NCBI RefSeq assembly: GCF_024223415.1
Contig: NZ_CP100500.1
From: Escherichia coli
Lineage (GTDB): Bacteria > Pseudomonadota > Gammaproteobacteria > Enterobacterales > Enterobacteriaceae
DNA length: 64,000 nt
Reading direction: 5' to 3' (one strand)
Shown: piece after piece, positions 51,941 through 64,000 of the stretch
Layout of the letters: each line of letters begins with the position of its first letter
How positions within the stretch are numbered: the stretch's first letter is position 1
Made by a program: the position numbers and the translations under genes
The notes under the pieces: generated by a model
Database searches by the model: none
The model's input: the letters and a program-made list of their open reading frames with translations, nothing else
Told to the model about the DNA's origin: nothing

Positions 51941-52434
51941 ATGACTGACAGTGAACTGATGCAGTTAAGCGAACAGGTTGGGCAGGCGCTGAAAGCCCGT
52001 GGCGCAACCGTAACAACTGCTGAGTCTTGTACCGGCGGTTGGGTAGCGAAAGTGATTACCGATATTGCCGGTAGCTCCGCCTGGTTTGAACGCGGATTTG
52101 TCACCTACAGTAACGAAGCCAAAGCGCAGATGATCGGCGTACGTGAAGAGACGCTGGCGCAGCATGGCGCGGTGAGCGAACCCGTCGTGGTGGAAATGGC
52201 GATAGGCGCACTGAAAGCGGCTCGTGCTGATTACGCCGTGTCTATTAGTGGTATCGCCGGGCCGGATGGCGGCAGTGAAGAGAAGCCTGTCGGCACCGTC
52301 TGGTTTGCTTTTGCCACTGCCCGCGGTGAAGGCATTACCCGGCGGGAATGCTTCAGCGGCGACCGTGATGCGGTGCGCCGTCAGGCTACTGCGTATGCAT
52401 TGCAGACCTTGTGGCAACAATTTCTACAAAACAC

Positions 52435-52438
<4 letters not shown>
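51941..52438 (+). CDS. pncC: NMN amidohydrolase PncC (CinA-like)
   Basis: 165 aa from MTDSELMQ; upstream of recA. Confidence 0.93.
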
Positions 52439-53579
<1,141 letters not shown>

Positions 53580-53599
53580 TCGTTCGTTATTGATGATAA

Positions 53600-53770
53600 T
53601 AGATAATGTGTGCACGGACGGTCCCCTCGCCCCTTTGGGGAGAGGGTTAGGGTGAGGGGAACAGGCCAGCACTGGCGTGAAAAATTACTCTCACCTCGAT
53701 CCTCTAACGAATTGGGCCTGCGGGAACATTCTGCACACTCATTGACTATTAAATCTGTTTATCAGCAAAA
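53600..53770. other. Palindrome-rich intergenic insertion between recA and recX (not recalled in K-12), with GC-rich nested inverted repeats at 53620-53660
   Basis: recA-recX gap is 242 bp; I recall about 70 bp in K-12. Core ggtCCCCTCgCCCCtttGGGGagaGGGttaGGGTGAGGGGaa. No ribosome-binding site or credible ORF. Confidence 0.5.
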
Positions 53771-53773
53771 CCT

Positions 53774-53803
53774 GGGTCGCATCTGCGGCCCTTTTGCTTT
53801 TTT
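53774..53803 (+). terminator. Hairpin + T-run terminator/attenuator between recA and recX
   Basis: GGGTCGC-atct-GCGGCCC followed by ttttgctttttt, 19 bp upstream of recX ATG. Confidence 0.75.
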
Positions 53804-53821
53804 AAGTTGTAAGGATATGCC

Positions 53822-54322
53822 ATGACAGAATCAACGTCCCGTCTCCCGGCATATGCTCGCCTGTTGGATCGTGCGGTACGCATTCTGGCGGTGCGCGATC
53901 ACAGTGAGCAAGAACTGCGACGTAAACTCGCGGCACCGATTATGGGCAAAAATGGCCCAGAAGAGATTGATGCTACGGCAGAAGATTACGAGCGCGTTAT
54001 TGCCTGGTGCCATGAACATGGCTATCTCGATGACAGCCGATTTGTTGCGCGCTTTATCGCCAGCCGTAGCCGCAAAGGTTATGGACCTGCGCGTATTCGC
54101 CAGGAACTGAATCAGAAAGGTATTTCCCGCGAAGCGACAGAAAAAGCGATGCGTGAATGTGACATCGACTGGTGCGCACTGGCGCGCGATCAGGCAACGC
54201 GAAAATATGGTGAACCTTTGCCAACTGTCTTTTCAGAAAAAGTTAAGATCCAGCGTTTTCTGCTCTATCGTGGCTATCTGATGGAAGATATCCAGGATAT
54301 TTGGCGAAATTTTGCCGACTGA
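53822..54322 (+). CDS. recX: RecA regulator RecX
   Basis: 166 aa; matches RecX. Confidence 0.95.
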   Translation: MTESTSRLPAYARLLDRAVRILAVRDHSEQELRRKLAAPIMGKNGPEEIDATAEDYERVIAWCHEHGYLDDSRFVARFIASRSRKGYGPARIRQELNQKGISREATEKAMRECDIDWCALARDQATRKYGEPLPTVFSEKVKIQRFLLYRGYLMEDIQDIWRNFAD

Positions 54323-54449
54323 ACGCATACGGTATTTTACTTCCCAGTCAAGAAAACTTATCTTATTCCCACTTTTCAGTTACCAGCCCGGCGGTTAAGA
54401 CACGCTGGAGCTGGTGGCGATATTTCGTTAGCTTGATTTCAGGATAATT

Positions 54450-57080
54450 ATGAGCAAGAGCACCGCTGAGATCCGTCAGGCGTTTCTCGACTTTTTCCAT
54501 AGTAAGGGACATCAGGTAGTTGCCAGCAGCTCCCTGGTACCCCATAACGACCCAACTTTGTTGTTTACCAACGCCGGGATGAACCAGTTCAAGGATGTGT
54601 TCCTTGGGCTCGACAAGCGTAATTATTCCCGCGCTACCACTTCCCAACGCTGCGTGCGTGCGGGTGGTAAACACAACGACTTGGAAAACGTCGGTTACAC
54701 CGCGCGTCACCATACCTTCTTCGAAATGCTGGGCAACTTCAGCTTCGGCGACTATTTCAAACACGATGCCATTCAGTTTGCATGGGAACTGCTGACCAGC
54801 GAAAAATGGTTTGCCCTGCCGAAAGAGCGTCTGTGGGTTACCGTCTATGAAAGCGACGACGAAGCCTACGAAATCTGGGAAAAAGAAGTAGGGATCCCGC
54901 GCGAACGTATTATTCGCATCGGCGATAACAAAGGTGCGCCATACGCATCTGACAACTTCTGGCAGATGGGTGACACTGGTCCGTGCGGCCCGTGCACCGA
55001 AATCTTCTACGATCACGGCGACCACATTTGGGGTGGCCCTCCGGGAAGTCCGGAAGAAGACGGCGACCGCTACATTGAGATCTGGAACATCGTCTTCATG
55101 CAGTTCAACCGCCAGGCCGATGGCACGATGGAACCGCTGCCGAAACCGTCTGTAGATACCGGTATGGGTCTGGAGCGTATTGCTGCGGTGCTGCAACACG
55201 TTAACTCTAACTATGACATCGACCTGTTCCGCACGTTGATCCAGGCGGTAGCGAAAGTCACTGGCGCAACCGATCTGAGCAATAAATCGCTGCGCGTAAT
55301 CGCTGACCACATTCGTTCTTGTGCGTTCCTGATCGCGGATGGCGTAATGCCGTCCAATGAAAACCGTGGTTATGTACTGCGTCGTATCATTCGTCGCGCA
55401 GTGCGTCACGGTAATATGCTCGGCGCGAAAGAAACCTTCTTCTACAAACTGGTTGGTCCGCTGATCGACGTTATGGGCTCTGCGGGTGAAGACCTGAAAC
55501 GCCAGCAGGCGCAGGTTGAGCAGGTGCTGAAGACTGAAGAAGAGCAGTTTGCTCGTACTCTGGAGCGCGGTCTGGCGTTGCTGGATGAAGAGCTGGCAAA
55601 ACTTTCTGGTGATACGCTGGATGGTGAAACTGCTTTCCGTCTGTACGACACCTATGGCTTCCCGGTTGACCTGACGGCTGATGTTTGTCGTGAGCGCAAC
55701 ATCAAAGTTGACGAAGCTGGTTTTGAAGCTGCAATGGAAGAGCAGCGTCGTCGCGCGCGCGAAGCCAGCGGCTTTGGTGCCGATTACAACGCAATGATCC
55801 GTGTTGACAGTGCATCTGAATTTAAAGGCTATGACCATCTGGAACTGAACGGCAAAGTGACCGCGCTGTTTGTTGATGGTAAAGCGGTTGATGCCATCAA
55901 TGCAGGCCAGGAAGCTGTGGTCGTGCTGGATCAAACGCCATTCTATGCGGAATCCGGCGGTCAGGTTGGTGATAAAGGCGAACTGAAAGGCGCTAACTTC
56001 TCCTTTGCGGTGGAAGATACGCAGAAATACGGCCAGGCGATTGGTCACATCGGTAAACTTGCTGCGGGTTCTCTGAAAGTGGGCGACGCGGTGCAGGCTG
56101 ATGTTGATGAAGCTCGTCGCGCCCGTATTCGTCTGAATCACTCCGCAACGCACCTGATGCACGCTGCGCTGCGCCAGGTTCTGGGTACTCATGTAACGCA
56201 GAAAGGTTCACTGGTTAACGACAAGGTGCTGCGCTTCGACTTCTCACACAACGAAGCGATGAAACCAGAAGAGATTCGTGCGGTCGAAGACTTGGTGAAC
56301 GCACAGATTCGTCGCAATTTGCCGATCGAAACCAACATCATGGATCTCGAAGCGGCGAAAGCGAAAGGTGCGATGGCGCTGTTCGGCGAGAAGTATGATG
56401 AGCGCGTACGCGTGCTGAGCATGGGCGATTTCTCCACCGAGCTGTGTGGCGGTACTCACGCCAGCCGCACTGGTGATATTGGTCTGTTCCGCATCATCTC
56501 TGAATCGGGTACTGCTGCAGGCGTTCGTCGTATCGAAGCGGTAACCGGAGAAGGTGCTATCGCCACCGTTCATGCAGACAGCGATCGCTTAAGCGAAGTC
56601 GCACATCTGCTGAAAGGCGATAGCAATAATCTGGCTGATAAAGTGCGCTCAGTACTGGAACGTACGCGTCAGTTAGAAAAAGAACTACAACAGCTTAAAG
56701 AACAAGCTGCCGCACAGGAGAGCGCAAATCTTTCCAGTAAGGCAATTGATGTTAATGGTGTTAAGCTGTTGGTTAGCGAGCTTAGCGGTGTTGAGCCGAA
56801 AATGTTGCGTACCATGGTTGACGATTTAAAAAATCAGCTGGGGTCGACAATTATCGTGCTGGCAACGGTAGCCGAAGGTAAGGTTTCTCTGATTGCAGGC
56901 GTATCTAAGGACGTCACAGATCGTGTGAAAGCAGGGGAACTGATTGGTATGGTCGCTCAGCAGGTGGGCGGCAAGGGTGGTGGACGTCCTGACATGGCGC
57001 AAGCCGGTGGTACGGATGCTGCGGCCTTACCTGCAGCGTTAGCCAGTGTGAAAGGCTGGGTCAGCGCGAAATTGCAATAA
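54450..57080 (+). CDS. alaS: Alanine--tRNA ligase
   Basis: 876 aa; class II aaRS motifs. Confidence 0.98.
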   Translation: MSKSTAEIRQAFLDFFHSKGHQVVASSSLVPHNDPTLLFTNAGMNQFKDVFLGLDKRNYSRATTSQRCVRAGGKHNDLENVGYTARHHTFFEMLGNFSFGDYFKHDAIQFAWELLTSEKWFALPKERLWVTVYESDDEAYEIWEKEVGIPRERIIRIGDNKGAPYASDNFWQMGDTGPCGPCTEIFYDHGDHIWGGPPGSPEEDGDRYIEIWNIVFMQFNRQADGTMEPLPKPSVDTGMGLERIAAVLQHVNSNYDIDLFRTLIQAVAKVTGATDLSNKSLRVIADHIRSCAFLIADGVMPSNENRGYVLRRIIRRAVRHGNMLGAKETFFYKLVGPLIDVMGSAGEDLKRQQAQVEQVLKTEEEQFARTLERGLALLDEELAKLSGDTLDGETAFRLYDTYGFPVDLTADVCRERNIKVDEAGFEAAMEEQRRRAREASGFGADYNAMIRVDSASEFKGYDHLELNGKVTALFVDGKAVDAINAGQEAVVVLDQTPFYAESGGQVGDKGELKGANFSFAVEDTQKYGQAIGHIGKLAAGSLKVGDAVQADVDEARRARIRLNHSATHLMHAALRQVLGTHVTQKGSLVNDKVLRFDFSHNEAMKPEEIRAVEDLVNAQIRRNLPIETNIMDLEAAKAKGAMALFGEKYDERVRVLSMGDFSTELCGGTHASRTGDIGLFRIISESGTAAGVRRIEAVTGEGAIATVHADSDRLSEVAHLLKGDSNNLADKVRSVLERTRQLEKELQQLKEQAAAQESANLSSKAIDVNGVKLLVSELSGVEPKMLRTMVDDLKNQLGSTIIVLATVAEGKVSLIAGVSKDVTDRVKAGELIGMVAQQVGGKGGGRPDMAQAGGTDAAALPAALASVKGWVSAKLQ

Positions 57081-57094
57081 TATAAGCGTCAGGC

Positions 57095-57121
57095 AATGCC
57101 GTGGACTCGCTTCACGGCATT
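57095..57121 (+). terminator. Hairpin downstream of alaS (probable terminator; weak T-tract)
   Basis: AATGCCGTG-gactcgctt-CACGGCATT, 9-bp perfect stem, 15 bp after alaS stop. Confidence 0.45.
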
Positions 57122-57314
57122 CGCATTAACGCTATCGACAACGATAAAGTCAGGTTGAAGTTGTGTATATCGGCTAAACTTAGGTTTAACAGAATGTAAT
57201 GCCATGACTGCTTAGATGTAATGTGTTTGTCATTGCTTACTTTTTGGCGTTATATGATGGATAATGCCGGGATACAGAGAGACCCGACTCTTTTAATCTT
57301 TCAAGGAGCAAAGA

Positions 57315-57500
57315 ATGCTGATTCTGACTCGTCGAGTTGGTGAGACCCTCATGATTGGGGATGAGGTCACCGTGACAGTTTTAGGGGTAAAGGGCAACCA
57401 GGTACGTATTGGCGTAAATGCCCCGAAGGAAGTTTCTGTTCACCGTGAAGAGATCTACCAGCGTATCCAGGCTGAAAAATCCCAGCAGTCCAGTTACTAA
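57315..57500 (+). CDS. csrA: Carbon storage regulator CsrA
   Basis: 61 aa [48 protein letters not shown]..., exact CsrA signature. Confidence 0.98.
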
Positions 57501-57725
57501 TCTTTCCGCGTCTCATCTTTATCGGTGAGACGCACCCTCAAAATTTCTCCTTCACTCTATAGTCTTTTCGCTTTACTCCCGTTCATTCAACTTAAGTCTC
57601 CATTTTTTTACATTACTGCTATCTGTCAGACCTCCGTTTTTCTGTTGATAAAACACTCTTTTTGACGTTTTTACAGACTAATTGAGCGTGAAGTGTGCAA
57701 ACGATAAAAGTGTGGGAAAAATTGT

Positions 57726-57753
57726 TTGACTTATAAGTCTCAGAAAGTAATAT
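57726..57753 (+). promoter_or_regulatory. Probable tRNA operon promoter (-35 TTGACT, -10 TAATAT, GC-rich discriminator)
   Basis: Hexamers with 16-bp spacing followed by gcgccacgc; AT-rich upstream region; about 60 bp upstream of serV. Confidence 0.55.
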
Positions 57754-57815
57754 GTGCGCCACGCAGCGACGATGAGCGATAAACAAGTTCTTCGAAGCAC
57801 TCGTAAGAGGCGTGT

Positions 57816-57908
57816 GGTGAGGTGGCCGAGAGGCTGAAGGCGCTCCCCTGCTAAGGGAGTATGCGGTCAAAAGCTGCATCCGGGGTTCGAATCCCCGCCT
57901 CACCGCCA
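57816..57908 (+). tRNA. serV: tRNA-Ser (anticodon GCT)
   Basis: 93 nt GGTGAGGTGGCCGAG...CACCGCCA with long variable arm and anticodon loop cuGCUaa. Confidence 0.95.
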
Positions 57909-57911
57909 TTT

Positions 57912-57988
57912 GCATCCGTAGCTCAGCTGGATAGAGTACTCGGCTACGAACCGAGCGGTCGGAGGTTCGAATCCTCCCGGATGCACCA
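57912..57988 (+). tRNA. argV: tRNA-Arg (anticodon ACG), copy 1
   Basis: 77 nt GCATCCGTAGCTCAGCTGGATAGAGTACTCGGCTACGAACCGAGCGGTCGGAGGTTCGAATCCTCCCGGATGCACCA; 3 bp after serV. Confidence 0.95.
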
Positions 57989-58123
57989 TATTCTCCGTAA
58001 CCTTCAGCGATGAAGGTATGGAAGAGGTGGCGGTACTAACCGCAGGCACCAGGGAGGATAACGTTGCTTTAGCAACGGCCCGAAGGGCGAGCCGCAAGGC
58101 GAGTAATCCTCCCGGATGCACCA
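57989..58123 (+). repeat. tRNA-array spacer module X (copy A), ending in an 18-nt tRNA-Arg 3'-end fragment (58106-58123)
   Basis: Has hairpins ACCTTC-agcgat-GAAGGT and CGTTGC-ttta-GCAACG, then ATCCTCCCGGATGCACCA identical to the tRNA-Arg 3' end. Confidence 0.7.
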
Positions 58124-58187
58124 TCTCTTACTTGATACAGCTTTAGTAGCGGTATCAAAAAATCTGCAGTAAAGTAAGTTTCCCGAT

Positions 58188-58264
58188 GCATCCGTAGCTC
58201 AGCTGGATAGAGTACTCGGCTACGAACCGAGCGGTCGGAGGTTCGAATCCTCCCGGATGCACCA
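58188..58264 (+). tRNA. argY: tRNA-Arg (anticodon ACG), copy 2
   Basis: Identical 77-nt sequence; 199-bp spacer after copy 1. Confidence 0.95.
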
Positions 58265-58326
58265 TCTCTTACTTGATATGGCTTTAGTAGCGATATCAAT
58301 ATCAGCAGTAAAATAAATTTCCCAAT

Positions 58327-58403
58327 GCATCCGTAGCTCAGCTGGATAGAGTACTCGGCTACGAACCGAGCGGTCGGAGGTTCGAATCCTCCCGGATGCA
58401 CCA
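58327..58403 (+). tRNA. argZ: tRNA-Arg (anticodon ACG), copy 3
   Basis: Identical 77-nt sequence; 62-bp spacer after copy 2. Symbol assigned by order only; could correspond to argQ. Confidence 0.9.
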
Positions 58404-58536
58404 TATTCTCCGAAATCTTCAGCAATGAAGATATCGAAGAGGTAGCGGAATTAACCGCAGGCACCAGGAAGGATAACGTTGCTTTAGCAACGGCCCGAAG
58501 AGCGAACGCCAGCGAGTCATCCTCCCGGATGCACCA
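58404..58536 (+). repeat. tRNA-array spacer module X (copy B), ending in an 18-nt tRNA-Arg 3'-end fragment (58519-58536); no intact tRNA follows
   Basis: About 85% identical to copy A; first hairpin is ATCTTC-agcaat-GAAGAT, with compensatory changes preserving the stem. Confidence 0.7.
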
Positions 58537-58683
58537 TCTTCTCCAAAAAATTTCCTTCAAAAATATCTCATTTCTAAATAACTACTTTATCCATTTCCTG
58601 AATTTTCTTCTCCTTCGCCATCAGCGACAAAATCAAGCAATTACGCTAAAGTAGCGTCATATTTTTCGACTTGCGAGAAGACC

Positions 58684-59250
58684 ATGTACGAGCGTTATGC
58701 AGGTTTAATTTTTGATATGGATGGCACAATCCTGGATACGGAGCCTACGCACCGTAAAGCGTGGCGCGAAGTATTAGGGCACTACGGTCTTCAGTACGAT
58801 ATTCAGGCGATGATTGCGCTTAATGGCTCGCCCACCTGGCGCATTGCTCAGGCAATTATTGAGCTGAATCAGGCCGATCTCGACCCGCATGCGTTAGCGC
58901 GTGAAAAAACAGAAGCAGTAAGAAGTATGCTACTGGATAGTGTCGAGCCGCTTCCTCTTGTTGAAGTGGTGAAAAGTTGGCATGGTCGTCGCCCAATGGC
59001 TGTAGGAACGGGGAGTGAAAGCGCCATCGCTGAGGCATTGCTGGCGCACCTGGGATTACGTCGTTATTTTGACGCAGTCGTCGCTGCCGATCACGTCCAA
59101 CACCATAAACCTGCGCCAGACACATTTTTGTTGTGCGCGCAGCGTATGGGCGTGCAACCGACACAGTGTGTGGTCTTTGAAGATGCCGATTTCGGTATTC
59201 AGGCGGCCCGTGCAGCAGGCATGGACGCTGTGGATGTTCGCTTGCTGTGA
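58684..59250 (+). CDS. yqaB: HAD-family sugar phosphatase YqaB
   Basis: 188 aa; HAD motif I FDMDGT. Confidence 0.93.
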   Translation: MYERYAGLIFDMDGTILDTEPTHRKAWREVLGHYGLQYDIQAMIALNGSPTWRIAQAIIELNQADLDPHALAREKTEAVRSMLLDSVEPLPLVEVVKSWHGRRPMAVGTGSESAIAEALLAHLGLRRYFDAVVAADHVQHHKPAPDTFLLCAQRMGVQPTQCVVFEDADFGIQAARAAGMDAVDVRLL

Positions 59251-59675
59251 GTGAAGCGTTATCGCTTTTCTCATTGTTTGCCAGTAGTTTTCTCAGCGCT
59301 ACACTATTACCCGGCAACTCCGAAGTCGTGCTGGTGGCAATGTTGCTTTCCGGGATCAGTCATCCCTGGGTTTTAGTTTTAACAGCAACAATGGGTAATA
59401 GCCTTGGAGGGTTAACTAACGTTATCCTTGGGCGTTTCTTTCCACTGCGTAAAACATCGCGCTGGCAAGAGAAAGCTACCGGCTGGCTGAAACGCTATGG
59501 TGCAGTCACACTATTATTAAGCTGGATGCCCGTGGTTGGCGATTTACTGTGTCTCTTAGCGGGGTGGATGCGCATCTCGTGGGGACCGGTAATCTTTTTT
59601 TTGTGCCTTGGTAAAGCGTTACGTTATGTTGCAGTTGCAGCAGCGACCGTTCAGGGCATGATGTGGTGGCACTAA
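59247..59675 (+). CDS. yqaA: DedA/SNARE-associated family inner membrane protein YqaA
   Basis: 142 aa membrane protein; overlaps yqaB stop. Confidence 0.9.
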   Translation: MSEALSLFSLFASSFLSATLLPGNSEVVLVAMLLSGISHPWVLVLTATMGNSLGGLTNVILGRFFPLRKTSRWQEKATGWLKRYGAVTLLLSWMPVVGDLLCLLAGWMRISWGPVIFFLCLGKALRYVAVAAATVQGMMWWH

Positions 59676-59720
59676 TTGTAGGCCTGCACATATGGTCACC
59701 ATTACAGTTATGCTAATTAA

Positions 59721-61304
<1,584 letters not shown>

Positions 61305-61312
61305 CAGAAAAG

Positions 61313-61385
61313 AAAAAGGCCACTCGTGAGTGGCCAAAATTTCATCTCTGAATTCAGGGATGATGATAACAAATGCGCGTCTTTC
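61313..61385 (-). ncRNA. micA: MicA (SraD) small regulatory RNA
   Basis: Minus-strand GAAAGACGCGCATTTGTTATCATCATCCCTGAATTCAGAGATGAAATTTTGGCCACTCACGAGTGGCCTTTTT matches MicA from memory, including its terminator hairpin; conserved gshA-luxS location, divergent from luxS. Confidence 0.92.
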
Positions 61386-61453
61386 ATATACTCAGACTCG
61401 CCTGGGAAGAAAGAGTTCAGAAAATTTTTAAAAAAATTACCGGAGGTGGCTAA

Positions 61454-61969
61454 ATGCCGTTGTTAGATAGCTTCACAGTCGATCATACCCGGATGGAAGC
61501 GCCTGCAGTTCGGGTGGCGAAAACAATGAACACCCCGCATGGCGACGCAATCACCGTGTTCGATCTGCGCTTCTGCGTGCCGAACAAAGAAGTGATGCCA
61601 GAAAGAGGGATCCATACCCTGGAGCACCTGTTTGCTGGTTTTATGCGTAACCATCTTAACGGTAATGGTGTAGAGATTATCGATATCTCGCCAATGGGCT
61701 GCCGCACCGGTTTTTATATGAGTCTGATTGGTACGCCAGATGAGCAGCGTGTTGCTGATGCCTGGAAAGCGGCAATGGAAGACGTGCTGAAAGTGCAGGA
61801 TCAGAATCAGATCCCGGAACTGAACGTCTACCAGTGTGGCACTTACCAGATGCACTCGTTGCAGGAAGCACAGGATATTGCGCGTAGCATTCTGGAACGT
61901 GACGTGCGCATCAACAGCAACGAAGAACTGGCGCTGCCGAAAGAGAAGTTGCAGGAACTGCACATTTAG
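61454..61969 (+). CDS. luxS: S-ribosylhomocysteine lyase (autoinducer-2 synthase)
   Basis: 171 aa; HTLEHL metal-binding motif. Confidence 0.97.
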
Positions 61970-62002
61970 TCAGTAAACTATCTTCACAATTAATTGAAAA
62001 AA

Positions 62003-62032
62003 GCCAGTTCAAATGAACTGGCTTAGTTGTAC
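62003..62032. terminator. Bidirectional terminator between convergent luxS and emrB
   Basis: aaaaaaGCCAGTTcaaatgAACTGGCttagttgt; A-run on one side, T-rich on the other. Confidence 0.75.
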
Positions 62033-63571
62033 TTAGTGCGCACCGCCTCCGCCGCCACCTGCGCCAAAGGGCGGTTTAGCAAACCACACCAGCCCCAGCA
62101 AGACGAGGAATATCCCGGCTGACATCCAGAAGATCTCATTTGCGGAAATAATCAGCCCCTGATTGGTGATCTGCTGGGCAATCCAGCCTGATGCCTGCTG
62201 TTGTGTCATCCCAAGCCCTTCCAGTTGACTGTACATCGCCTGGGCATTCGGGTTGAACGGGTTTACCGACTCAGTCAACTGCGCATGGTGCATCGACTCG
62301 CGGTTGGTCCACATGGTCGTGGTTATCGACGTGCCAATAGACCCCGCCAGCGTTCGCGTAAAGTTGGAGAGGCTCGATGCCGCCGCCAGTCGTTCCGGTG
62401 GCAAACCAGACAGCGTAATGGTGGTCAGCGGCATAAAGAAGCAGGCCACCGCAAACCCCTGGATAAACTGCGGCCAGGCCGACGCGCCAAAATCCATACC
62501 CGGTTCAAAGGTATAGGCACGCCAGTAGAAGCAGACGGCATACATAATAAAGCTGAAGGTTACCAGCCGCCGCATATCCAGTTTATGCGCGAAGCGGCCG
62601 ATAATCGGCGACAGGATCACCGGAATAATCCCTACCGGCGCAGAGGCCAGACCTGCCCACGTTGCCGTGTAACCGTAGACCTCCTGCAACAACTGCGGCA
62701 GCAGAACAATAGCGCCGAAGTAGAGCATATACGCGAGGCTGATACACAAGCAGCCGATGGTGAAGTTGCGCGACTTAAACAACGACAGATCGACTATCGG
62801 GTTATCGTCGGTCAGCTCCCAGACAATCAGGAAGCAGATAGCCACCACCGCCACCACGGTAAGGATGATAATTTCCTGTGATGAAAACCAGTCCAGCTCT
62901 TTACCGCGGTCGAGCATAATCTGCAGGCTGCCGATACCAATAACCAGCAGTGCCAGCCCCACGGCATCAATCCGCCGCCGTTCGGTGCGGGTTTCACGTC
63001 CGCGCAGAGTTTGCAGTGTCATCAACACCACCGCCACGCCAATCGGCACGTTGATGAAGAATATCCAGCCCCAGTGGTAATTATCGCTGATATACCCGCC
63101 GAGGATTGGGCCGCAAATTGGCGCGACAATCACCGTCATCGACCACAACGCCAGCGCGATTGAGCGTTTGGCTGGCGGGTAATTATTCAGCAATAGACTT
63201 TGCGAAAGCGGGATCAACGGCCCGGCGACAATCCCCTGAATCACGCGGAAGAAGATCAGCATATTCAGGCTGCTGGAGACACCACACGCCCACGACGCAA
63301 TAGCAAAGGCGATGGTTGACCAGAGGAACAGTTTCACTTCCCCGACGCGCTTTGCCAGCCAGCCGGTAAGCGGGATCGAGATAGCATTCGCCACCCCGAA
63401 AGAAGTGATTACCCACGTTCCCTGGCTGAGCGATGAGCCCAGATTCCCGGCGATAGTGGGGATCGCCACGTTAGCAATGGTGGAGTCCAGCACCTGCATG
63501 AATGTCGCCAGTGACAGCGCAATCGTCATAATGACCAGTTGCGCGCCTTCCAGCGGTTTTTGCTGTTGCAT
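62033..63571 (-). CDS. emrB: Multidrug efflux MFS transporter EmrB
   Basis: Start MQQQKPLEGAQL (512 aa); ORF-track frame extends 3 codons upstream. 14-TMS MFS; C-terminal Gly-rich tail. Confidence 0.95.
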   Translation of the reverse strand: MQQQKPLEGAQLVIMTIALSLATFMQVLDSTIANVAIPTIAGNLGSSLSQGTWVITSFGVANAISIPLTGWLAKRVGEVKLFLWSTIAFAIASWACGVSSSLNMLIFFRVIQGIVAGPLIPLSQSLLLNNYPPAKRSIALALWSMTVIVAPICGPILGGYISDNYHWGWIFFINVPIGVAVVLMTLQTLRGRETRTERRRIDAVGLALLVIGIGSLQIMLDRGKELDWFSSQEIIILTVVAVVAICFLIVWELTDDNPIVDLSLFKSRNFTIGCLCISLAYMLYFGAIVLLPQLLQEVYGYTATWAGLASAPVGIIPVILSPIIGRFAHKLDMRRLVTFSFIMYAVCFYWRAYTFEPGMDFGASAWPQFIQGFAVACFFMPLTTITLSGLPPERLAAASSLSNFTRTLAGSIGTSITTTMWTNRESMHHAQLTESVNPFNPNAQAMYSQLEGLGMTQQQASGWIAQQITNQGLIISANEIFWMSAGIFLVLLGLVWFAKPPFGAGGGGGGAH

Positions 63572-63587
63572 CACACGCACCTCTGGA

Positions 63588-64000
63588 TTAGCCAGCGTTA
63601 GCTTTTACGATATCGTCGATCAGTTTATTGACAGGTGCCAGGCTGATTTCACGCGCGGTACTTACCGCAACCGGTGTGGAACGTACTTTATTTGCCAGTA
63701 CCTGACCGTCACGGTTAGTGGTATTGACGCTCACCAGCGTGGACAAACCGATACGCAGCGGATATTGCTCCAGCTGTTTCTGGTCCAGTTCGATACGCAC
63801 AGGCAGACGCTGAACGACTTTGATCCAGTTACCGGTCGCATTTTGCGCTGGAAGCAGTGAGAACGCGCTACCTGTGCCCATATCCAGACCAACCACTTTA
63901 CCGGTGTATTTCACATCATCGCCGTAAATATCGGTGGTGATGGTGACCGGCTGACCGATGCGCATATTGGCAATCTGCGTCTCTTTAAAGTTGGCATCCA
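63588..64000 (-). CDS. emrA: Multidrug efflux membrane fusion protein EmrA, C-terminal part (5' end outside window)
   Basis: Translation ends ...LAPVNKLIDDIVKANAG*; HlyD-family; 17 bp upstream of emrB. Confidence 0.9.
   Translation of the reverse strand, partial: DANFKETQIANMRIGQPVTITTDIYGDDVKYTGKVVGLDMGTGSAFSLLPAQNATGNWIKVVQRLPVRIELDQKQLEQYPLRIGLSTLVSVNTTNRDGQVLANKVRSTPVAVSTAREISLAPVNKLIDDIVKANAG

Noticed and set aside
53610-53825. 71-aa ORF inside the recA-recX insertion
   Set aside because: No Shine-Dalgarno, low-complexity Arg/Gly-rich translation, overlaps the recX start; the segment is better explained as a noncoding structured repeat.
54363-56192. 609-aa ORF antisense to alaS
   Set aside because: Fully inside and opposite a highly conserved essential gene; no start context; typical long antisense frame in GC-rich coding DNA.
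57509-57534. Inverted repeat GCGTCTCA...TGAGACGC after csrA as a terminator
   Set aside because: Good stem but no downstream T-run, so not annotated as an intrinsic terminator; may still be a processing or stability element.
57619-58560. Minus-strand ORFs (74-163 aa) spanning the tRNA cluster with repeated motif [25 protein letters not shown]
   Set aside because: They are reverse translations of the repeated tRNA-Arg genes, not proteins.
57816-58683. tRNA cluster as an integration site for a genomic island
   Set aside because: No integrase, direct-repeat-bounded foreign block or atypical-composition DNA next to the tRNAs; the 3' fragments are better explained by recombination within the tandem array.

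Overview
This window is an Escherichia coli chromosomal segment, in reverse orientation relative to the K-12 reference as I recall it, running from the 3' end of cas1 through cas2 and a type I-E CRISPR array to emrB/emrA. Almost all of it is well-characterised core genome: iap, cysDNC, ygbE, ftsB, ispDF, truD, surE, pcm, nlpD, rpoS, pphB, mutS, ygbA, fhlA, hypEDCBA, hycABCDEFGHI, ascBFG, hydN-hypF, norWVR, gutQ-srlRMDBEA, mltB, pncC, recA, recX, alaS, csrA, a serV-argX tRNA cluster, yqaBA, gshA, micA, luxS and emrBA. Gene identities rest on ORF-track translations matched from memory to known E. coli proteins; no database search was possible. I did not find a clearly novel multi-gene system. 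The points that depart from K-12 as I remember it, and are worth a second look, are: (1) a 15-repeat CRISPR array with a tandemly duplicated spacer; (2) the rpoS-mutS polymorphic segment carrying a MarR/SlyA-like regulator plus a UbiX/UbiD-like decarboxylase trio instead of ygbI-N; (3) a two-domain Mop (molbindin) gene directly downstream of fhlA; (4) a roughly 170-bp palindrome-rich insertion between recA and recX; (5) a tRNA-Arg array with only three intact copies and two repeated spacer modules that end in tRNA 3' fragments and show compensatory stem changes. No transposase, integrase or prophage genes were seen.
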